A stretch of 31,444 nucleotides of DNA from Endomicrobiia bacterium. Its GTDB lineage: Bacteria; Elusimicrobiota; Endomicrobiia; PHAN01. Each line of letters begins with the position of its first letter. Positions within the stretch are counted from its first letter, which is position 1. The notes under the pieces were generated by a model. That model worked only from the letters and a program-made list of their open reading frames with translations. It was not told the DNA's origin and made no database searches. This document shows positions 6,599-15,295 of the stretch, one piece after another. Position numbers and translations under genes: made by a program. The stretch lies in contig JASEHK010000001.1 in the NCBI GenBank assembly GCA_030018875.1, positions 1 to 31,444 of the forward strand. The letters are read 5' to 3'.

Positions 6599-8635
6599 TT
6601 ATCCCCTCGTTCCAGCGACAAAAGTCGGGCTTTTTATCCTAAATTTTCCCCGGCCGTTGTATATTACTATCTGCCTTATGCTATTGAAAGATTTTGCACT
6701 GAACGCGCCGGGGTTGGATTTCAGTAGCGTGAATTTCTGCGGTTCGTCGGCAGGGTTATAGATTTCGATTTCGGCGCCGGAAAAACCCTCGGTTTTTATC
6801 AGTTTCGCGCAAAGATTTGTCCCGGGGATCGGTTGCGGTATGATTTTTTCGGGCCATAACTCTGACGGTATCCCGCGCCACTCTTCATACTTTACGCTCT
6901 TATGGTTGTTTACTTCGGCATCGGCGCAGTCGTCAACCAAAAAGAGAAATTTGGTTTCATCCTCGCTAATCTCTTCAAAATTCGGTTTCCGGGCAAGATT
7001 CCATATTAGTTTCTGTTTAAAGTCATGGCCGACTTCAGGATGCAGGGAAAAGTATTTAAGGATTTTTAGATACATCGGGATGTCGCGCATTTCATAGCCG
7101 AAAACACAGGGCTCCTCCGCCTCGGGGCCGGGTTTTCCCTCGTCAAGACAAAACGCTTCCAGATTAAAACGAATCTTTGAACGCGGGGGAATCACGGTCT
7201 CTGTCGGGTCGTCTCGCAGCATCTTTTCCGCATCGGGAGAATCCGTGATATCGGCAAGTGAGTCCGGGTCAAAATCAAGTTCCGTGACGAATCCCGGCAC
7301 ATTATCAATGCCTCTTTTCGTCCATTTTTCAAGGTCGTTATTCGAAGTTACGTTAAACTTCAATAAATCCATCACATCTTTCTTCCACTGTTCCGTCGAG
7401 GAATGAATGACCCTTCCGATGAAAAGATGGCGCAACTCGCGGAGCGCCGGTATTTTAGCGATGGCGAAATTATATTTCTGATACTGCGGCTCTTTGAGCC
7501 GTTCGTCCGGTAAATAAATCGGTTCTCTCCTGAAGTTTATGGCAAGCATACAACGATTTATTCTTATGGTAAAATTGTCCGTCTCCTTGTGCAAATCTTC
7601 GATATTCTTAAAATTCGGGTAATCTTTCCTGCTTGCGATTCTGAAGAAATAAGTTGCCTTGCCGGCGCCTTCGCCGGAAATTGCCTCCATGGCGACCGCG
7701 TTGCCGGGTTCGTCGGGGTTTTTGCTATACATCGGAATCAAAAACCAGATATACTCCCCGGTCAAATCGCCCAGAAGTCCGCGTTTTAATCCGATACACA
7801 TTTTCTTTTCTTGGGCGAGAGATTTCAAAAAATCGTATTCTTCTTTTATCCCCGCCACCTCCAATTTCTTTTCTAATTCGGTCCAGAGTTCCGGAGAAAT
7901 TGATTCTATGTCGCTTCTTCGCGCCGCCTTGCCTTCTTTCATAAGTCGGGCGGCTCGTCTTATAACCGACGGGTCGGATTTAGGCAATAAATCTTTGAGC
8001 GACGATTGAACTTTGAGAGAAAGTTCGTTAATAGAGTCGGAGAGAGTTTTTGCAAACGGGTCGAATTGTCCGCCCATTTTTGAAAAGACAAATTTTTCTC
8101 CGAAGTCAGTTGTCATCGCAAGGATAAAATCTTCGCCGCAAATTTCTAAAATGTCGCTGTAAGGTATTCTTACGAGTTCTCCTTTTTCCGGTATCAATAC
8201 CAATGCAGTTTCATATAAACGCGGTTCGCATTTTCCTCTTTGTTTTTCATTGCCGCCGTCGTCAAAATAAACAAACTCCGCTTCCGCGGCGGATTTCTTG
8301 AGCGTTTCTTGCATCAACATATCTTTCAAGATTATTTCATTGCGCAAACGCGAAAGAACTCTCATAAAATCTTCGTGCTTGTAGCCGAGATTGAAAATTG
8401 TAAGTCTTTCTTTTGAAGTCAGGGCGAGATAAATTTTATAGTCGCCCCCGGAAATTTCAAGAATATCCCTCAGAGAAAAAAATAACGGCTCGCCGAACTT
8501 CGGCATGACGACAATGTTTTCTTCCTTCAATATGACTTGAGCATCGTTGCTCGCCGCCGTTTGGCTTGCCTCATCACTCAAAGAATAACTCGCGCGGCAT
8601 TCCATAATGATTTCTTGTTTATTTTCTTCGCTCAT
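6599..8635 (-). CDS. 678-aa protein: two tandem PH-like repeats, an unknown middle region and a C-terminal thioester-domain-like module
   Basis: Long ORF. Internal repeat ENIVVMPKFGEPLFFSLRDILEI / ETALVLIPEKGELVRIPYSDILEI. C-terminal FCLD and QKLIW motifs. Confidence 0.75.
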   Translation of the reverse strand: MSEENKQEIIMECRASYSLSDEASQTAASNDAQVILKEENIVVMPKFGEPLFFSLRDILEISGGDYKIYLALTSKERLTIFNLGYKHEDFMRVLSRLRNEIILKDMLMQETLKKSAAEAEFVYFDDGGNEKQRGKCEPRLYETALVLIPEKGELVRIPYSDILEICGEDFILAMTTDFGEKFVFSKMGGQFDPFAKTLSDSINELSLKVQSSLKDLLPKSDPSVIRRAARLMKEGKAARRSDIESISPELWTELEKKLEVAGIKEEYDFLKSLAQEKKMCIGLKRGLLGDLTGEYIWFLIPMYSKNPDEPGNAVAMEAISGEGAGKATYFFRIASRKDYPNFKNIEDLHKETDNFTIRINRCMLAINFRREPIYLPDERLKEPQYQKYNFAIAKIPALRELRHLFIGRVIHSSTEQWKKDVMDLLKFNVTSNNDLEKWTKRGIDNVPGFVTELDFDPDSLADITDSPDAEKMLRDDPTETVIPPRSKIRFNLEAFCLDEGKPGPEAEEPCVFGYEMRDIPMYLKILKYFSLHPEVGHDFKQKLIWNLARKPNFEEISEDETKFLFLVDDCADAEVNNHKSVKYEEWRGIPSELWPEKIIPQPIPGTNLCAKLIKTEGFSGAEIEIYNPADEPQKFTLLKSNPGAFSAKSFNSIRQIVIYNGRGKFRIKSPTFVAGTRG

Positions 8636-8883
8636 AATTATTTCCTACCGAATATCTTGATTCGTCCCCAAAACTCTTTCCCCTTATAGCGGGCGAAGGA
8701 GCGCCCGGACATAAGTAAATTATATAAAAAAAGGATGCGCCAAACGTGATTACGGGCGGGAGCGCGGGCGGTAGGTACGGGTGTTTCCGTGGGAGAAATG
8801 GTGGTTTGAATATGTCTCCGAGGATTTTTCCGTTTTGAAAAAGTGGGGAAGGGGAGGACTTTATGGTTAGGTTGCCAGATGAT

Positions 8884-8912
8884 TTGAAAAGCGAAATGGA
8901 CTTTGATATAAT
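8884..8912 (+). promoter_or_regulatory. Sigma70-type promoter with extended -10 for the cyclophilin-PfpI gene
   Basis: TTGAAA (8884-8889), 17 nt spacer, TG-a-TATAAT (8905-8912). Confidence 0.7.
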
Positions 8913-8982
8913 CGTTTCGAAGTTTGAAATAAACTCTGCGAAAATCATTTGACATTATCGTGAAAATCATAGGGAGGTTTTT

Positions 8983-10131
8983 ATGAGGAAACTAATAAAA
9001 TGCGCGGCGACGGCGGCGGCTTTTTTTGCGGCGGCCAACTCGGCGGGCGCGAAAGAGGGTGTTAAAATGAAAGCGATAATAGACACTACGATGGGCAAGA
9101 TAACGGTTGAACTTTTCGACGACAAAGCTCCGGTTACCGTGGAAAATTTCGTGGGTTTGACCGAGGGCACGAAGGAGTTTGCGGATTCCAAAACGGGGCA
9201 GCCGTCGAAACGCCGCTTTTACGACGGGCTGAAGTTTCACAGGGTCATACCGGAGTTTATGATTCAGGGAGGATGTCCTCTCGGCGCCGGAACCGGCGGG
9301 CCGGGGTATCGTTTCAAAGACGAGATATCGGACTTAAAATTCGACAGGCCCGGGCGTCTGGCGATGGCCAACTCGGGGCCCGGCACCAACGGCAGTCAGT
9401 TTTTCATCACGGAAGTTCCGACCCCGTGGCTCGACGGAAGACACACCATATTCGGGCAAGTGACGGAGGGACAGGATATAGTCAACAGGATAGCCCGCGT
9501 TCCGAAAGGCCCGCGCGACGCGCCTGCGTCGGATGTGGTTGTAAAATCAATCAGGATAATACGAGGTATGAGCGCCGCCGCCGGACTCAAGGGCAAGACC
9601 GATGCGCCGAAAGAGACCGCGAGATTGAAAAAGGTCATTTTTGTTACGGCTCCGGTAAATTTCCGCGACGAAGAATACTTCGAGCCCAAAAAAATAATCG
9701 AGGCAGCGGGAATAAAGGTCGTGACGGTATCGTTAAAAACCGGAACACTTGCGGGTATGATGGGCGGCAAGACCGAATCCGACGGAATTATTCAGGACAT
9801 CAATCCGTCGGAGTACGAGGGCGTGGTTTTTATCGGCGGCTCGGGCGCCGAGATATTCTGGGACAACCCCTCGGCTCATGCGCTTGCGAGGCACTTCGCC
9901 GAAAACTCAAAGACCGTCGGGGCCATTTGCGCAGCGCCCGTGACGCTTGAAAAAGCCGGCGTGCTCAAAGGCAAAAAAGTCGCCGCGTTTCCGTCGGTCA
10001 AAAAGGAGTTCAAGAGTGGAACATACACCGGCAACAGGATTGAAACCGACGGAAGGATAGTAACCGCCGCAGGTCCTGAAGTCGCGGCCGACTTCGCAAA
10101 AGCTGTTCTCGAATCGCTGTCGAAGCAGTAA
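8983..10131 (+). CDS. Exported cyclophilin-type peptidyl-prolyl isomerase fused to a DJ-1/PfpI domain
   Basis: Signal peptide. Cyclophilin motifs [30 protein letters not shown] and [10 protein letters not shown]. PfpI motifs FRDEEY, FIGGSG and GAICAAP. SD GGGAGG. Confidence 0.92.
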   Translation: MRKLIKCAATAAAFFAAANSAGAKEGVKMKAIIDTTMGKITVELFDDKAPVTVENFVGLTEGTKEFADSKTGQPSKRRFYDGLKFHRVIPEFMIQGGCPLGAGTGGPGYRFKDEISDLKFDRPGRLAMANSGPGTNGSQFFITEVPTPWLDGRHTIFGQVTEGQDIVNRIARVPKGPRDAPASDVVVKSIRIIRGMSAAAGLKGKTDAPKETARLKKVIFVTAPVNFRDEEYFEPKKIIEAAGIKVVTVSLKTGTLAGMMGGKTESDGIIQDINPSEYEGVVFIGGSGAEIFWDNPSAHALARHFAENSKTVGAICAAPVTLEKAGVLKGKKVAAFPSVKKEFKSGTYTGNRIETDGRIVTAAGPEVAADFAKAVLESLSKQ

Positions 10132-10235
10132 ACTCCGCGCCATTAGTCTACTGCGAAATAATTTACTTGTAGAAAGCGGCAATTGTGCCGGAAGGTTTCA
10201 AAAAGATGGAAGGCAGGAAGGAATAAAGAGAGAAT

Positions 10236-10841
10236 CTATTTCTTAATAAGATACACGGCCTCTTCGGCAAAGAGATTCGGCAGAACTCCCACGCGGCGCG
10301 CGCCGGTGAAAAATTCCCTTTTTTCCACGATTATTTTCTTTTCTTGAAGATAATCCTCAAAATCACGGACGCTCAAAAAATGAAGATTCGGAGTGTCGTG
10401 CCATTTGTACGGCAGAGACGGCGTAACCGGCGCTCTGCCCGAAAAGAATATCTGGGCGCGGGATTTTAGATGAGCGAAATTGGGAAAGCCCGCGACGACT
10501 TTTCTGCCCACGCGAAGCGCCTCGTCAAGAATCACCGACGGACGCCTGACCTGCTGGAAAGTGTCAAGCAAAATCACGTAGTCGAAGGACTTATCGGCGA
10601 AATCCTTCAATCCTCCCTCAATATCCTCATGCAAAACGCTTAACCCCCGCGCGACGCATTCGTATATCGCTCGCTCGTCTATCTCTATGCCCGTTGCGCG
10701 GGCTTTTTTTTCGCCCGCGAGACGCGCCAGAAGCTCCCCTGAACCGCATCCCAAATCAAGCACTGATGATTTTTCGCCAACCCACAACACCACGGCGTCG
10801 TAGGTAGGATTCTTTTTTTCAAATGGCATGGTTGTCCTCAT
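10236..10841 (-). CDS. metW: Methionine biosynthesis protein MetW
   Basis: [18 protein letters not shown] and [11 protein letters not shown] motifs. ATGA overlap with metX; an alternative start lies at 10829. Confidence 0.92.
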   Translation of the reverse strand: MRTTMPFEKKNPTYDAVVLWVGEKSSVLDLGCGSGELLARLAGEKKARATGIEIDERAIYECVARGLSVLHEDIEGGLKDFADKSFDYVILLDTFQQVRRPSVILDEALRVGRKVVAGFPNFAHLKSRAQIFFSGRAPVTPSLPYKWHDTPNLHFLSVRDFEDYLQEKKIIVEKREFFTGARRVGVLPNLFAEEAVYLIKK

Positions 10842-11995
10842 TCCTTAATTTCTCGGCTTAAACGGCTCTCGGATTTGCCGACGCGCTCAAGAAAGTGTCC
10901 GATAAGATGTGTCTCTTCCTCGGTCTCCAAAAGAAAAGCGTCGTGGCCGTAGGTTGACTCTATCTCACAATAGGTAACGTCCGCGCCGGCTATTTTAAGC
11001 GCCCGCACGATGTTCTGCGTTTGGTAAGACGGATAAAGCCAGTCGGACTTAAACGAAATGGCCAACACCTTGGCCTTAAGCCCCTCGAAAACCTCGGCTA
11101 ACGGACGGCCTCCAGCGGGATCGAAATAGTCAAGGGCCTTGGTTATGTAAAGGTAAGAGTTCGCGTCAAAGCGCTTAACGAAACTCTCGCCTCTGTATTT
11201 AAGGTATCCCTCCACCTCGAAATCCGGCTCGAATTTGAAAGCCGGCCGCCCACCCGGTTTGGAGCGTCGCCCGAACTTTTCGGCCATAGAGACGTCGGAC
11301 ATATAAGTGATATGCCCGAGCATGCGGGCGACGGAGAGCCCCCTGGACGGAAAAGATATTCCGTAGTAATCGCCGCCGCGCCAATCGGGGTCGGCCATCA
11401 CGGCCTGCCTGCCCACCTCGGAAAAAGCTATCTGCTGCGGCGAATGTTTCGCGGTAGTGGCTATCGGTATGGCCGATGCGATTTTGTCGGGGTGGTAAGC
11501 GAGCCACTCAAGAGTCTGCATCCCGCCCATCGAGCCTCCGGCGACGGACAAAAGTTTTTCTATTCCAAGATAATCTATAAACCTCAACTGCGCGGCGACC
11601 ATGTCTTTTATAGTTATCGTCGGAAATGCCGCCCCATATGGCCGCCCCGTGACCGGATCCACGCAAGACGGGCCGGTCGTGCCCATACATCCGCCCAAAA
11701 CATTCAGGCATATCACAAAGTATTTGTCGGTGTCGAACGCCTTGCCGGGGCCTATCATATCGTCCCACCAGCCGGGTTTTTCGTCGCCTTTGTGATACCC
11801 CGCCGCGTGAGCGTCGCCCGTAAGCGCGTGTTCGATGAGAATGGCGTTGGATTTTTTTTCATCGAGACTGCCGTAGGTTTCGTAGGCGAGCGTGACGGAA
11901 GATAATTTTTCCGACGATTCAAGCTCCAAACCGTCTGAAAAAGTAAAATATTTAGTCTCGACTATGCCGAGACTGCTGTCTTTTGTCTTATCCAT
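10838..11995 (-). CDS. metX: Homoserine O-acyltransferase MetX
   Basis: [16 protein letters not shown] nucleophile elbow, RFDANSY and GHDAFL. Confidence 0.95.
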   Translation of the reverse strand: MDKTKDSSLGIVETKYFTFSDGLELESSEKLSSVTLAYETYGSLDEKKSNAILIEHALTGDAHAAGYHKGDEKPGWWDDMIGPGKAFDTDKYFVICLNVLGGCMGTTGPSCVDPVTGRPYGAAFPTITIKDMVAAQLRFIDYLGIEKLLSVAGGSMGGMQTLEWLAYHPDKIASAIPIATTAKHSPQQIAFSEVGRQAVMADPDWRGGDYYGISFPSRGLSVARMLGHITYMSDVSMAEKFGRRSKPGGRPAFKFEPDFEVEGYLKYRGESFVKRFDANSYLYITKALDYFDPAGGRPLAEVFEGLKAKVLAISFKSDWLYPSYQTQNIVRALKIAGADVTYCEIESTYGHDAFLLETEEETHLIGHFLERVGKSESRLSREIKE

Positions 11996-12069
11996 TTTTC
12001 GTTCTCCCGCCCGTTTTATAGAAGATACTTCTTGCTTCTTGTCCCTCGATTATCTCAACTTCTTGCTTT

Positions 12070-12996
12070 TTATTTTTCAAAAAGCCACGTGGATAAATAT
12101 CTTTCGCCGGTGTCGGGCAAAATAACCAAAACGGTCTTGCCGGAGTTCTGGGGCCTGCGCGCGACCTCTACGGCCGCGTACAGAGCCGCGCCCGACGATA
12201 CGCCGGCGAGTATTCCCTCTTCACGCGCAAGACGACGAGCGATGGCGCCGGCATGCTCGTTTGAAACCGTGAATATCTCGTCTATTACCGAGCGGTTCAG
12301 AATATCGGGGACGAAACCTGCGCCGATGCCTTGTATTTTGTGTGGTCCGGGTTTTTCTCCGGAGAGAACCGCCGAATCTTTGGGCTCGACGGCAACCACG
12401 CGGATGGAGGGTTTTCTCTTCTTCAATACTTCGCCCACGCCGGTTATGGTGCCGCCGGTGCCCACACCCGCTACGAAAATATCCACCGCGCCGTCGGTGT
12501 CGCGCCAGATTTCCTCGGCGGTTGTCGTCCTGTGTATCTGCGCATTGCTCTTATTCTTAAACTGTTGCGGCAGAAAACTTCCCGGGAGCGCGCGCGCAAT
12601 CTCCCCGGCTTTCTCGACGGCGCCGCGCATTCCTTTGGCGCCCTCGGTGAGCACAAGTTCCGCGCCGAATATTTTCAGAAGTTGCCTGCGTTCCACGCTC
12701 ATAGTATCCGGCATCGTCAGTATAAGGCGATAGCCCTTTGCCGCGGCCGTAAAAGCAAGAGCCACGCCTGTATTGCCCGACGTCGGCTCGACGATGACCG
12801 AGCCCTTTTTGAGAAGACCTTTTTTTTCGGCGGCTTCTACCATCGAGACGCCTATGCGGTCTTTGACGCTCGACAAAGGGTTGAACGATTCGAGTTTCGC
12901 CAGAACCGTGGCGCACGGAGCCGATGCGATATGATTTATTCTGACTATGGGCGTGTTACCCGTTGTTTTTGTTATGTCTTCAAAAATTCTTGACAC
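12070..12996 (-). CDS. cysK: Cysteine synthase A
   Basis: NPLSSVKDR (PLP lysine), [15 protein letters not shown] and [13 protein letters not shown] start behind SD GGAGG. Confidence 0.95.
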   Translation of the reverse strand: MSRIFEDITKTTGNTPIVRINHIASAPCATVLAKLESFNPLSSVKDRIGVSMVEAAEKKGLLKKGSVIVEPTSGNTGVALAFTAAAKGYRLILTMPDTMSVERRQLLKIFGAELVLTEGAKGMRGAVEKAGEIARALPGSFLPQQFKNKSNAQIHRTTTAEEIWRDTDGAVDIFVAGVGTGGTITGVGEVLKKRKPSIRVVAVEPKDSAVLSGEKPGPHKIQGIGAGFVPDILNRSVIDEIFTVSNEHAGAIARRLAREEGILAGVSSGAALYAAVEVARRPQNSGKTVLVILPDTGERYLSTWLFEK

Positions 12997-13036
12997 AAAT
13001 TGCCTCCGTTTAACGACACTGAATAGCGAGTAGTTT

Positions 13037-13108
13037 GCAGCGGCGCAACTTATCCCGATTTATCGGGATGTAAATTCGCTAAATTCGTCGGCTTGCGCCG
13101 ACCGCTGC
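13037..13108. repeat. Structured intergenic element containing the palindrome ATCCCGAT-TT-ATCGGGAT
   Basis: Outer stem GCAGCGGCGCAA / TTGCGCCG-AC-CGCTGC; perfect 8-bp inner inverted repeat at 13052-13069. Confidence 0.65.
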
Positions 13109-13129
13109 CACTTCCCACTTCCCGCATTT

Positions 13130-14431
13130 TTACCCCAGCGCCTGTTCGATGTCGGCTATTATATCGTCGGGATGTTCCAGCCCGACAGAAAGCCGCACAA
13201 AGTCCGGCGTTACGCCGGTTGCGAGTTGTTCCTCTTGCGACAACTGCTGGTGTGTGGTCGAAGATGGATGAATCGCAAGCGTCTTTGCGTCTCCTATGTT
13301 GGCCAGATGTGAAACGAGTTTAAGAGAGTCAATGAACTTGCGCCCCGCCTCAAGCCCCCCTTTTATCCCGAAACCGACTATGGCGCCGGCGCCAAACGGC
13401 AGATATTTATTAGTCCGCGCGTATTCCGGGCTCGATTTGAGGCCCGGATAATTGACCCATGCGACCTTCGGGCGCTTTCCGAGATACTCGGCGACTTTGA
13501 GCGCGTTTTCCGAGTGGCGCGCCATTCTTAAATGAAGCGTCTCAAGCCCCTGCAAAAATAAAAACGCGTTAAAGGGCGACAGCGCGGGGCCGATATCGCG
13601 CAGCAACGTAACGCGCGCCTTTATAATGTAGGCGATGTTGCCCAGGGTCTTCAACGCCTCCACGAAGTTTATGCCGTGATAGCTCGGCTCCGGGTCGGCT
13701 ATCGTCGGGAACTTCGATTTGCCGTTCTCTTTTACGGTCCAGTCGAACTTTCCGGAATCCACTATGAGCCCGCCTATCGAAGTGCCGTGCCCGCCGATGA
13801 ACTTCGTCGCGGAATAAACGGATATGTCCACTCCGAAATCGAACGGTTTCAAGAGATAAGGCGACACCGTGTTATCGAGGATAAAAGGCAGATTCGCGGC
13901 GTGAGCGATTTTTGATATGCCCTCGAGGTCGGCGACGTCGAGCTTCGGATTGCCGATGGACTCGGCGTAAACGGCTTTCGTCGCGGGCGTGATGGCTTTG
14001 CGCAAAGCGTCGAGGTCGTTCGATTTCACGAACTTTACTTTAATGCCGAAACGCGGGAGCGTATAGTGAAATAAATTATAGGTTCCGCCGTATAGATTGT
14101 CGGCCGAGACGATTTCGTCGCCTGCGCGGGTGAGATTCAATATCGCCAACGTTATGGCCGATTGCCCCGACGCGACTGCAAGCGCCCCCGCCCCGCCGTC
14201 AAGAAGCGCGAGACGCCTCTCAAGCACGTCGGTCGTCGGGTTCATTATTCGCGTGTAGATATTTCCGAACTCTTTTAACGCGAATAAATTTGCCGCATGC
14301 TCCGTGTCGCGGAACTGATACGACGTCGTCTGATAAATCGGCACGGCGCGCGCTCCCGTGGCGGTATCCGGCGTTTGCGCGCCATGCAAAAGAATCGTTT
14401 CGGGCCTCAACTGCTGTTTTTCGTTTGACAT
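13130..14431 (-). CDS. metY: O-acetylhomoserine aminocarboxypropyltransferase (sulfhydrylase)
   Basis: [31 protein letters not shown] (PLP lysine) and [19 protein letters not shown]. Confidence 0.95.
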   Translation of the reverse strand: MSNEKQQLRPETILLHGAQTPDTATGARAVPIYQTTSYQFRDTEHAANLFALKEFGNIYTRIMNPTTDVLERRLALLDGGAGALAVASGQSAITLAILNLTRAGDEIVSADNLYGGTYNLFHYTLPRFGIKVKFVKSNDLDALRKAITPATKAVYAESIGNPKLDVADLEGISKIAHAANLPFILDNTVSPYLLKPFDFGVDISVYSATKFIGGHGTSIGGLIVDSGKFDWTVKENGKSKFPTIADPEPSYHGINFVEALKTLGNIAYIIKARVTLLRDIGPALSPFNAFLFLQGLETLHLRMARHSENALKVAEYLGKRPKVAWVNYPGLKSSPEYARTNKYLPFGAGAIVGFGIKGGLEAGRKFIDSLKLVSHLANIGDAKTLAIHPSSTTHQQLSQEEQLATGVTPDFVRLSVGLEHPDDIIADIEQALG

Positions 14432-14510
14432 TTTAATTCCTCCCGACCCGCGCTTTGGCTGGGCATTAAATTATATTCTCCGTCGAAATAATAGACAAGT
14501 ATGCGAAAAA

Positions 14511-14957
14511 TTATATCGCGTAATCCGGCTCCGTCGTTTCGATTATTTTGACGCGATCGAGCATATCGGCGAAAGTCGTATGGTCCACGATACGATTTGT
14601 GTAATCTCGGATGTCGCGCCACATATCCACGAACGGACATCCGGCGAAGGCGCGGCACGACGATGGCTCGGTCTTGCTTACACAGGTTATCGGCGATGTC
14701 GCCCCGTCCGTCAGGCGAATAATCTCGCCGAGACGGATTTTTTCGGGCGGTTTCGCCAGAGCAATTCCTCCGTCGGGACCACGACGGCTTCTGACATAGC
14801 CCGCGCCTTTTAATATAAGTATTATCTGTTCCAGATATTTCTTGGGTATGTCTTGACGCTCCGATATGTCTTTCACGCGCACAAGTCCCTTTTCGTAATA
14901 CTGAGCAAGGTCGAGAATTATTTTAAGCGCGTAATCGCCTTTGTAAGTAAGTTTCAT
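14511..14957 (-). CDS. Rrf2 family transcriptional regulator (CymR/IscR-like) with three Cys
   Basis: KGDYALK, IPKKYLEQI, SRRGPDGG and C-x8-C-x5-C. Confidence 0.93.
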   Translation of the reverse strand: MKLTYKGDYALKIILDLAQYYEKGLVRVKDISERQDIPKKYLEQIILILKGAGYVRSRRGPDGGIALAKPPEKIRLGEIIRLTDGATSPITCVSKTEPSSCRAFAGCPFVDMWRDIRDYTNRIVDHTTFADMLDRVKIIETTEPDYAI

Positions 14958-15023
14958 TTTTTCTTCGGCATCGCCGCGGAATGTTCAGCGCGTTTTTTTC
15001 GCGCCAATTAAGTTAAAATACGA

Positions 15024-15053
15024 TTGACTACTTTCTCTATCGTTTAGATAGAG
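15024..15053. promoter_or_regulatory. Probable Rrf2 operator
   Basis: Inverted repeat CTCTATC-N5-GATAGAG (15035-15053) abuts the -10 box, next to an IscR-like TTGACTA (15024-15030). Confidence 0.55.
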
Positions 15054-15080
15054 TATATAAAAAAAACGCCCATCTGTCAA
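15052..15080 (-). promoter_or_regulatory. Sigma70-type promoter of the Rrf2-met/cys operon
   Basis: TTGACA (15080-15075), 17 nt spacer, TATACT (15057-15052). Confidence 0.85.
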
Positions 15081-15116
15081 GTTTTTTAGTTTTTGTCTGT
15101 TTTCCTCGCGCGCTAT

Positions 15117-15259
15117 GCCATTCGCTTCTTGTTATTTTGAGTCTCCGCATCGTTAAGTCGGGGCGGACAACATACATTGTCACCATGAGCGACGCGAAAG
15201 GCGACGGTGGCGAATGCCTCGGAATGATAAGAAGCGATTGGCGGTCACTCGAAAGGTGA
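15117..15259 (+). ncRNA. Candidate structured non-coding RNA or ssDNA element; family not recognised
   Basis: 25-position stem 15117-15141 / 15218-15242 (24 paired, 4 G-U), internal multiloop, and two C-GAAA-G tetraloop hairpins. Confidence 0.5.
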
Positions 15260-15277
15260 AAAATAAAACCAAAAAAA

Positions 15278-15286
15278 TGTTATAAT
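15278..15286 (+). promoter_or_regulatory. Extended -10 promoter for glyS (short or no leader)
   Basis: TG-t-TATAAT ends 9 nt before the glyS ATG. No SD sequence. Confidence 0.6.
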
Positions 15287-15295
15287 CTTCGAGTT

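Noticed and set aside
8683-8724. Hairpin CGGGCG-AAGGAG-CGCCCG beside a minus-strand TATAAT as a possible riboswitch
   Set aside because: It is a single short hairpin with no aptamer consensus and no good -35 box. At most a weak promoter plus a 5' stabilising hairpin.
8619-8970. Two overlapping ~110-aa minus-strand ORFs
   Set aside because: They span the divergent promoter region, including a consensus plus-strand promoter, and show no family motifs.
14432-14510. SAM riboswitch or T-box upstream of metY
   Set aside because: The gap is only about 80 nt and has no SAM-I core, T-box motif or terminator.
15117-15295. Glycine riboswitch or Gly T-box upstream of glyS
   Set aside because: No tandem GGAGA/CCGAAG/CTCTCAGG aptamer, no GGTGGNACCGCG T-box and no U-tailed terminator. 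Kept as an unknown structured element instead.
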